Source: Mizuhopecten yessoensis
Taxonomy: Eukaryota
Length of the DNA: 64,000 nucleotides
Assembly: GCF_002113885.1 (NCBI RefSeq)
Contig: NW_018408363.1
Coordinates: forward strand, 3,083-67,082
Direction of reading: 5' to 3'
The stretch's first letter is position 1; each line of letters starts with the position of its first letter. Shown piece after piece: positions 55,101-64,000 of this stretch. The notes under the pieces were generated by a model. It was not told the origin of the DNA. It made no database searches and saw only the letters and a program-made list of their open reading frames with translations. The position numbers were made by a program, and so were the translations under genes.

Positions 55101-58100
55101 ACAGGGGGTGGACATCCGGGCTGTTCATTTAGTCCATTCGGATAGAAATCGATGTGGCCACACGGACTTTTCATCCCAAATCCTAAAACACAATATCGGG
55201 AGACAAACATGCTTTAATCCCCAGTATGGCAAAAGTGAAAGGGAACACTTTTATTCTAAGTAACTTGTTATTTAGCTGTTTTGACAATGTGCCCTTTGTT
55301 GATCATGCGATAAAACACATTGGTGCAACTGTTAGATAACATCCACGAATAGAAATAAATACAATTAATTATAAGTAATAGAATGTAGTCCTAAGCACGT
55401 CATATCGCTAATGATGAGGCGGCACTTTTTGTCTTGATACGGAATTGCCAATCACAGTATACAGCAAGAATACTTTTATTCATTATTAAAACAAAACAAA
55501 TCAATACAAGATTTGGTCCTTACTTAAGAGGTTTATTATTGTATTGGCTATATTACAATCAATACAAAGAATGGAATGATAAACACTTGTAAAGAACAGC
55601 CTTGATTCTTTAGGGCCTTCGTTGGCAGCAAAAACGGCAGCACTACGAGAGACGGCTAGATTACTGGAACCATTTCTAATAGAAAGCCAGTCAATCCGCT
55701 CCCTTCAACATTGGATGAATAATGGACAACCGATTTACAAATGGTGGCTGGAAAGTGAGACAACCGGGAAGGTGGAGGCTGAAGAGTGAGACAACCGGGT
55801 AGGTGGAGGCTGGAGAGTGAGGCAACCGGGTAGGTGGAGGCTGGAGAGTGAGACAACCGGGTAGGTGGAGGCTGGAGAGTGAGACAACCGGGTAGGTGGA
55901 GGCTGGAGAGTGAGACAACCGGGTAGGTGGAGGCTGGATAGTGGGACAACCGGGTAGGTGGAGGCTGGATAGTGGGACAACCGGGTAGGTGAAGGCTGGA
56001 TAGTGGGACAACTGGGTAGGTGAAGGCTGGATAAGCGGGACTTGACAGTAGTATTGTTAATGGTCCATTGGACCCGAATATGCTTTAGAACCCGGGGTTC
56101 ATCTTTAAGTGTTTATCCTAGCTGGCATGAAAATATCAAGTTTGGTTGTTGTGGTGTATTTTATATCTATATAATACACGAGGAAGATTTTGAACTTAAC
56201 TGTGGACTTTGGTCGTCTGACACTTACTTGTGTTGCAGACAAGGTAAATATTTACTGTACGAAGTATAATGCACAATACACAGTCTAAATGAGCGCGGGT
56301 TCTTTAAGTATGTTAGACAAGGACGTGCTTGCGCTGATAACCTTCAACTACAAATTATGACTAGTTTGCATTTTATCTTGATCTTTGAAATTGTCCATAA
56401 AATCAAACTTACATATAATTAAGGTGAAGAGATTTAGAGGAGGCAAAAACACGACGCATATTCTTTTATTTGGACACGTCTTTGTTGTTTTTTGTCATGT
56501 ACTCATGTGTCATGTGACATGTTTCATATTATGTTTCGTCAGATTGAAAACAAAGGATAAACTATGCAATTAATTTGATTTACCGGCGTCGTGGATTGGT
56601 ACAGCATCTGTGTGAATGACGTCAACATATAAAGCGTCTGTAGGATCAAGACGAACTTCCGGTGCATAGTCTTCAAACAGAGGCCCGGCGGGATCCAAAC
56701 CTATAGAAAACGATGACATGCATGGTTCATGAATACTTCGACATATAGAGAAATTAAGTTTCGTTCCACCTCATTATGTCATTTAAAAATACATCATTCC
56801 GATTCAAAATAACAAATGATGTTGATTTTCTTAATTAACGAAATACTTTAAAGTATACCGGTAATTCTGCCAAGGCCTGGAATTCTATTGCCGATATACC
56901 CAGCAGTCTGCGCGCCGAGGCTATGTCCGGTCACGTGAGTCTTCGTCATATCTGCATTAAACGTGTCCCGTAATCTCGCCAGAAGCTGAGCACAAAGCGC
57001 CCCCACTACCCTGGTGTTGGAGACAGATTGCTGGTACATTTTACTTGCACCGACCTTCCAGTCCACCGCGATCACATTGAAATCGCCCTACAAGAAAGAT
57101 GAACTAGAGACACAATCATATGATTGCACTATAAAATATTATAATAGATACAGTATGCAAAAATTGAATAACACTGCTGCACATTGTTGTTTTGTCATTC
57201 TAGGACTCATAGATGATACTAGGGACCAAATAAGTGGGAATCAAAACTGGTCTTAACTTCTGTCGAAACAGAAAGGGGTGCAGAAAACCCTTTCCAAATT
57301 AGAATTTTAAAAATTAGAGGAGTGCTGATTAATTTCAAATTTATTATGTGTTAATTATTATATCATGAACTCTGCCCCTTCTCAAAAGTGGCAACTGTGG
57401 CAATCAAGGTTACGGCAAACCTCGGGGACTAACTATACCACCACACAAAGTTACGGCAAACCTCGGGGACCAACTATACTACCACACAAGGTTACGGCAA
57501 ACCTCGGGGACTAACCATACCACCACACAAGGTTACGGCAAACCTCGGGGACTAACTATACCACCACACAAGGCTACGGCAAACCTCGGGGACTGACAAT
57601 CTCACCAGCAGACTTCACAACTGTCTGAACAAAGGACAACTACATGTGATCGAACCTTTAACATTTAGTAATCAATGTAATGTGTCAATAGTTAATTACA
57701 CTGCATCATAGAGCCCTTCTGTCCTCCTTCTAGGACTCATCGGTGAAAATACGAAATCAAATTAGATACGTAGACCGATTATGAAAATGCTCAATCTTTT
57801 TTTGTTATTTTTAATAAGCTGTTGATATATTAATGTTTCTGTTATGATTTTTGATTCTTTACAGCTATTTTTTTCACAAACCGAACATGTCAGTGTGTTT
57901 AATGTGATATTGAATAGAAAGTATACGTCAGTTTTGAAAGTGTTAAATTGGAACAGCATAATATTATCGTTGTTATTAAAACCATACGATAGCTCCATAC
58001 CCTTGACAAGAATGCGTTGGTCATATTGTGTACCCAGACTTCGTAAGCACTGCTCATGTACCCGTGGATGATCATCTTGGTTGGCTTGTTTCCGGTGAAA

Positions 58101-59845
58101 CCGGAAGTACGAATGATATTGACATTGGTGTCCTTGTAATCGAATTTGACACCATTAGCTGGTCCTCCTCTCATGAAAAATGTGAAGGTGACATCCACTT
58201 CCTCGGGTGATTCCGGGAGTGCTTCGAGAGAGTTGTCAAAGGGTTTGTGATTGGAGAAGCAATCCACATTTTCGTAGCAAACTTGAGTTTTGAAAAGAAA
58301 ACCTGCAATGCAACAGTTTTAATTATATCTTGATTGTCGCAGTTCAATCATGTTTTGATAGGTTTACTTAATTAATGAACACCCCTGAAGATTCAGTCAC
58401 AACCGAAAGATAAAGCATGTGAACGTTGAAACTATCTACAGCTGTATATTGAATTGATGACAATACTAATTCCTTTATTATATGTTCTGCCCATTTCAGT
58501 GCTACTGAAATCATATGACAATAATAATCATTCGAGGTTCTTATACACCGCTTTATCACAATCTAGTTCGTAGGTCGTCTCAAAGCGGTTCACAAATTAG
58601 TATCTGTGGTTATAGGTCATTTGCAACCAACCAATATATTGCTTAACTCCCTGGGGAGCATACAGCCGGTGCTGCCATTTCGGGCGTCACAGAAAGCAAT
58701 CTACAATTCTAGCACTGCCCAACCACGCACTTATTTTACAGCTGAGTAGACAGCAATAATCGGAATAAAAAATCTTGCTCAAAGATACAACACAGTGCCG
58801 TGCCGTGACTCTAACCCGCAACTCTTCGGTCACGAGCCCAGCGTCCTACCACTAACCTACCGTGCCTCCAATATCAACAAACGTCCGGACAGAACCTGTG
58901 ACGTGATTTTCCCAATAAAAATGCAAATTAAACTGAAAAAATAGGTTCAGATCTTGATTCATAAAACAACGTTTTCATCTTAGATTTCAAAACTTAATGG
59001 GCCTTAAACTCCGATAGTTCTGTGAAATGAAATCGTTCAAAAATCAATTAGTGATTGTCCTATCAGTAAACAAATTTTGGGGATTAAAATCCTTAATATC
59101 AAGATATCCTTTCTTTCAAAGCCGAATCGAAACATAGGTTTATTATTCATCATTAGGTCGGTAATTTTGAGTGTTTGGACAAACCTATGAAAGAAGGAAC
59201 AGTTGGTAAAAACGCCCATAGCAAAACAAAGTTGAATAAAACCATTATAAGATCGATGAATCTTGTAAACTGCACAGAATACACAATCTCCAGATATCAA
59301 TAGCATTGACAATAGTTGGCTCAAAATAAAACAAGGGCCTGTTGAAGATCGGGACGGACGTCAGCTATTTACGGGGATCCAATAGAATTGGCAAAACTCT
59401 TCCAATGTATTAAAAGAAATTCTTACCTGGCGAACTACGCTGTACCTTTGTTTGAAATATTCTAAGTGACTGCCAACATGCCGCTGTCATATTTTAAACG
59501 CCGAATACTTATTTCTATTGATTTTAGGTAAAATATTAAAATCACATCTTATTGTAGTTTCTATTTTCAAAACGATATGTTATAAATTGCTTCTATGTGA
59601 CTTCAGACAAGATTGATAAAACATAACAGCAAGTCATTGATTTGGAAGTCCAATGCGCGTACTTTACAACAGATCGAGGCAATAAGGAGATATTTCATAT
59701 ATATATTGGAAAATATAGATTTCATCAAAATTACAAATTCCGTTATTCTTTTTTGAAAGACTAGAAAACAGAAACTCATACCAAGACATATCTCTGAACT
59801 GCACAACGCCAGTAAAATGAGCACCGATATCCTTCCACCTGTCAT
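49808..59845 (-). CDS. Secreted pancreatic lipase-family (PNLIP/PNLIPRP-like) lipase, catalytic domain only, ~358 aa
   Basis: Minus exons 59845-59782 (signal peptide), 58302-58001, 57087-56859, 56700-56584, 55182-55060, 50564-50328 and a probable terminal coding micro-exon 49812-49808 (1077 nt in total). Motifs: IIHGY, NVIAVDW, GHSLG (Ser), GLDPAGP (Asp), [20 protein letters not shown] (His). AATAAA at ~49730 on the minus strand. Confidence 0.9.
49996..50247. mobile_element. PIF/Harbinger-like MITE with CTG target duplication, in the last lipase intron
   Basis: CTG-GGCCCGTATTC...GAATACAGGCC-CTG; same family as 16911-17173. Confidence 0.8.
51444..51656 (+). mobile_element. tRNA-derived SINE with V-domain-like core
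   Basis: A box TGGCGCAGTGG, B box GGTTTGATTCC, core gtgggttttctccgggtactccggttccctcccac, A-rich tail. Confidence 0.85.
55745..56035. repeat. 31-bp G-rich minisatellite, ~9 copies
   Basis: gagacaaccgggtaggtggaggctggagagt in tandem. Confidence 0.95.
57405..57593. repeat. 41-bp minisatellite, ~4.6 copies
   Basis: gttacggcaaacctcggggactaactataccaccacacaag in tandem. Confidence 0.93.
58520..58869 (-). mobile_element. tRNA-derived SINE with conserved central domain and L2-like tail
   Basis: The minus strand begins ggaggcacggtaggttagtggtagg (A box) ... gggttagagtc (B box). Core ggcagcaccggctgtatgctccccagggagtt; tail gtgaaccgctttgagac...gataaagcggtgtataaga. Confidence 0.8.
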
Positions 59846-60575
59846 GTTGAACAGCCTTCTACTGTACTGATAAGCGGTAGAGAGGTCAATTCGGTAGGTA
59901 CTGGCCTGTCCTATATTGATAGGTACCTGATAAATACAGCAAAGCAATTCATTGTTCCATATATTTGTGACACTTCCTCGCAGACCTTCAAGTCTTATTT
60001 TAAAGTGAAGATTGTATAAGTTTATTTTACTATCATCAACAACACAAATAGACGTCAAAGTCACAGTTTATGAAAAAAAAATACATTTTAAGCGTTTGCA
60101 TTTCACCACGATAAAGTCTGATTTCTCAAGACTTGATATTTGACAGTTGTCCTACTTTTAGATGGCACTGATTAAAGGGAGATCATTTAATGACACGTAT
60201 CCTGATATTATTTAGGTTCACAGCACAGCTGGAACAAAGTTGGAGAACACCGTCTACGATTTGTGTTTCATATCGTAATGATATTTGGTAATACACTAGT
60301 AACTGGAGCTAGCCACGCGGTGAAGAAGTACTAAAACTCGGTGACATTTTGAAATAAGAATTCGACCTTTGAGTACCTTTATTTTATCAAATAAATAAAT
60401 ATCAAATAGTTTAAAAATCTGTCGTGAGGCTAACATCATTTATAGTTAATTCTACCTTTTTAATGTAGTTTAAGAACTTTTTCCACCAATTAGATTTTCC
60501 AACCTTTCTATCCTGTGAAACCTAAACAATGTGTATTTATTGTCATTCCTTACGCTTCCAACCCAGAGCAAATAT

Positions 60576-61617
60576 ATAGAGGTTACACAACGAGTGGTTG
60601 TTGAATATGGTATTTATTTCACTCGAGTTACTTAATTTTAAAAAGTTACAAAAGACACGAGCTTTAGCGAGTGTCTTTCTGTAACTTTTGAAAATTAACT
60701 AACGAGAGTGAAATAAATACCATACTCAACAACCACAAGTCGTGTGATCTGTTTCTACCACAATCTCATGATCAGTCGGAAATAACATACACACATGTGT
60801 TTGTTGACAAGGCTGGCGTAGTGATATGACCCATATGTAAAAAGTCACTCATTAATATTCAAAAATGACTTCTTTTTTTTACAAATTTAATTATTGTCAA
60901 AATTAATGTTTCGGCAACAACTTCGTGAAAAAATAAAATAGATGAACGACTTTAAATATTGAGAGTAGCAGTATTGCATTAATTTATATAAATTAACCAC
61001 GGACTATATGCGCGTAAGCATATCGTATGAAGTCTGCCTCCCGCCAAGTGATGAACCGTTGTAGACGAACTTATCGCTGTCAATATCCAAAACATTGACC
61101 TACGTTTCTAGGCCTACGTTTCTTCGTGACGGTTCTATGGTTGTCGTTTATAGTGAAAGTTCAGCCATAGTCAGACCGTCTAAATAGCGATAACGGGACG
61201 TTGGGAAAACGAAATATTTCCCGACACAGTGACAGATCTTGTTTTGGTTTCTCGACCTGGACACGCGACGGTGTGACGTCGAAACGATATCGAGCGTCTG
61301 TAGCAATTTTGCCTGAAACTAGCGATCAAATCTTTAAGTGTCATCTTTAAATATTGCCTTAATAACCACCCTTTCCACATAACCTCACAACGTCACCAAC
61401 ATTTGTCAGATGTTGACAGCCGATGACGTAAAGAAAACAGCAGGTGGCAAAAAGCACGTGGAAAAAGTCTTCCCGGTCAAAGTTCATCTTCTCGACCAAT
61501 CAAAACTCTTGAAGGTCATATACCACGTGTGGTATATAACTCATATTTATCTAACAGTCTGCGTGTTTATACAATGATCTGAGAGTGGAATAACACAGCG
61601 TATTGTGGTAGAAATAG
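60576..61617. mobile_element. Long-palindrome element (Crypton-like architecture), ~1 kb
   Basis: ~180-bp palindrome at 60576-60754. ctgtttctaccacaat (60749-60764) is inverted at 61602-61617 (15/16 match). Confidence 0.6.
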
Positions 61618-63003
61618 CTTTCCTATATCGCACGGTGCAACACACAATTCTATAATTGACGACTTTTGTTTTCCTCCATATCAACATTGTATAGATCATG
61701 AAAACAAGTATGGATATCATAGTCGATATTTCATACATTCTTAAAATAGCGGTACGCATTGCAATACTGTATCACGGGAAACTTTCGCCCTGTCAAATAT
61801 TCGCCGTTCACCGGTAAAACCCATGTTCGTTCCGTGTTCATTTCGACCTGCGCATGTCATAGCTATATATGGTCATCCTTCAGATTAAACCAAGATACCA
61901 GTGCGCATAGGCGATGATGAGGCTCACACAGACACGCTGCGTTCATTGATGAGAAGGAGTCTATGTTCGAATGCTAGAATCTATTTTACCGTACTTTGGT
62001 TTCTTGGTCGCAAGTACGTCGCTTTCAATAAACAAATTAGATATAGCATAGTGACGATTTTTTCCAGTGCAAGTAGTCAATTTTGATATAGTACATGCAA
62101 TCCCAATTGCATGCAGTGATTTCTCTGTTTTGAACACGCGCAATCTGTAATCTTAGTTGGAAACCTAGCTACATAGCCTTTAAAATATGGAAAAAAAATC
62201 TTATCAAATTATCAGACGTGTGTTCGATTACTTATACTTGACTGTCATTCGTTGCTTTCATATACAGACCGATAGAGCCTTTTAAACAAGAAAGATTCTG
62301 CAGTTGCGCACGAGTAAATTTATCATAGATGGCGATTCTTCGTCATCTATTTAATGTGCACGTACTCAACTATAGTTAGCACCAAATAACCTGACGAATA
62401 GATGCATGTAATGTGGTCCCCAGCCAGAGGCGTAGCAAATTATTTTCGGAGTGTATACTTACATAGCTGGGGAAAAAATCTACCATGCCCTAGAAACAAT
62501 CACCCGTGTTCTGAGAACACCTTTTAATATGATTATTTACAATTAAAATGTCACTTGCTAATGATAAGACTGAAAGGCCCTTGAGGTTCAACAAGCCCAT
62601 CAATAGATGTTGTCGTCACCTAAAATTGTAATTTGAATATATTGAACTTGTATATATATATAAATTGGCTATTCGAAAAAAATACGTAGCCATTAACGTA
62701 ATCGAAAATAAGTCATTAAAGCTGATGTCGTCATAAAAATAGCTCACCGGATTTATAACATGTCAATCTCTTTTGCGAATCAACTGAGTGCTAGGAAATG
62801 ACCTACAATTTAAGTTTATTTATATGCCTAGGTCATGCGGAGCTTTATTTCTTTTTCTCCTTGTTGTTGATATGAATTCCTACCTCAAATAAAGATAGAA
62901 GTTGCCATGCGAAACCACTAAAATCATAATAACATCCCCTGGTAATATATTTCAACAGAAAATAAATAAGAAAACAATGGCTAAGCATCTTTAATCGATA
63001 AAT

Positions 63004-63163
63004 GAACTTTAGATTATGTGCCATTTAATAACATTCTGTGATGTTATAAATGCGCTAGACATGTTATAAACATTGAAGCTGAAAAGTACGATAATGTTTA
63101 TAACATGTATATCTTTTTTTATAAAAACATTAAATGTTAAGAAAGGGCACTTTCTATGAAGTT
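63004..63163. repeat. ~160-bp imperfect palindrome
   Basis: Perfect core acatgttataaacatt-N18-aatgtttataacatgt, with degenerate outer arms. Confidence 0.7.
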
Positions 63164-64000
63164 AAAAGAGAAATTAAGGTCTCGTGACCTAGGTATATAA
63201 ATAAACTTTGAATAGTATATCATTTCGTAGCGTTCAGTTAGGTCGCTAAATAGATTCACATGTTATAAGTCCAGTGAGCTATTTTTTTGAAGGCATCAGC
63301 CTTAATGCTTTATTCATGACTACGTTAAACTGGTTATATACATTTTAAGTAGCTTGTGTAAAAGTCCAATATATCTAACATTACATATATTTATATATTC
63401 CTATCTTTAATAAGGATCTCTGAATATGACTAACCAGGGGTTGAAATTTAGAGTGACTAGTACATCTTTTAGGAGGATTGTTGAACCTTAAACGATTATC
63501 TGAGGACAACATGGTATAATATGTTACGTCGTACTAAAATTTTCAAGAAGATTTCTTTGATATTTTTTTCCCCTTTTTATGATACGGACGAACGATATTA
63601 ATCATAAAAAAAGAATCAATTAAAAGCATACAAGCATACATGTATGCTACGCCACTCTCAGCAAGCTTCTTAAAGAAATTTACTCACCTCAAAAAAATCT
63701 TGAAACTTTCCTTAGCGAGTTATAATTTCGTAATTATATTTTAAACATGTTGATGTCATATTTTTGTGTATGCTATAACCATTTTTCTCCAGTAGTCATA
63801 ACACTCCGTGAAAAAAAAATCTAGAAAAATCCGGTTCCGGTTTGAAATAAAATCCCGGATTAGCTTTCAATTTAGATTTGCCTTGTTTACATTTAGGAGA
63901 AATGTCGGCTGCTCGGGTCACTCAGTGTGAACAAATATTAAAATTTCAAGCCTAAAGAATAATTCAGCTGCATTAATAATTTGAAATAAAAGACCAAGAA

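Noticed and set aside
63760-64000. Possible promoter or gene start at the window end (ATGTCGGCTGCT...)
   Set aside because: The frame is short and there is too little context; it could equally be a transposon end.

Overview
AT-rich animal genomic DNA with many spliceosomal introns. The repeat content suggests a lophotrochozoan, probably a bivalve mollusc (inference). Four intact multi-exon genes were reconstructed by hand with consistent GT-AG sites and reading phases. (1) SLC66A3/PQLC3-like PQ-loop membrane protein (minus, 1111-8317, 6 exons, ~213 aa), largely missed by the ORF track and containing a U12-type minor-spliceosome intron. (2) RSPH10B-like MORN-repeat radial-spoke protein (plus, 8543-24718, 20 exons, ~868 aa), head-to-head with gene 1 across only 225 bp. 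(3) A Tie-like receptor tyrosine kinase with an EGF-repeat-only ectodomain and an ITAM-consensus tail (minus, 26120-40958, 17 exons, ~721 aa). (4) A secreted pancreatic-lipase-family enzyme lacking the PLAT domain (minus, 49808-59845, 7 exons, ~358 aa). The rest is repeats: a 17-bp and a 42-bp satellite (the source of the long spurious ORFs), several minisatellites, a decayed CR1-type LINE, two tRNA-derived SINEs, several MITE families, long-palindrome elements, and short TG...CA units carrying tRNA-like sequence. No CRISPR array, rRNA or intact tRNA was seen. All identifications are by eye and from memory of the families; no searches were run.
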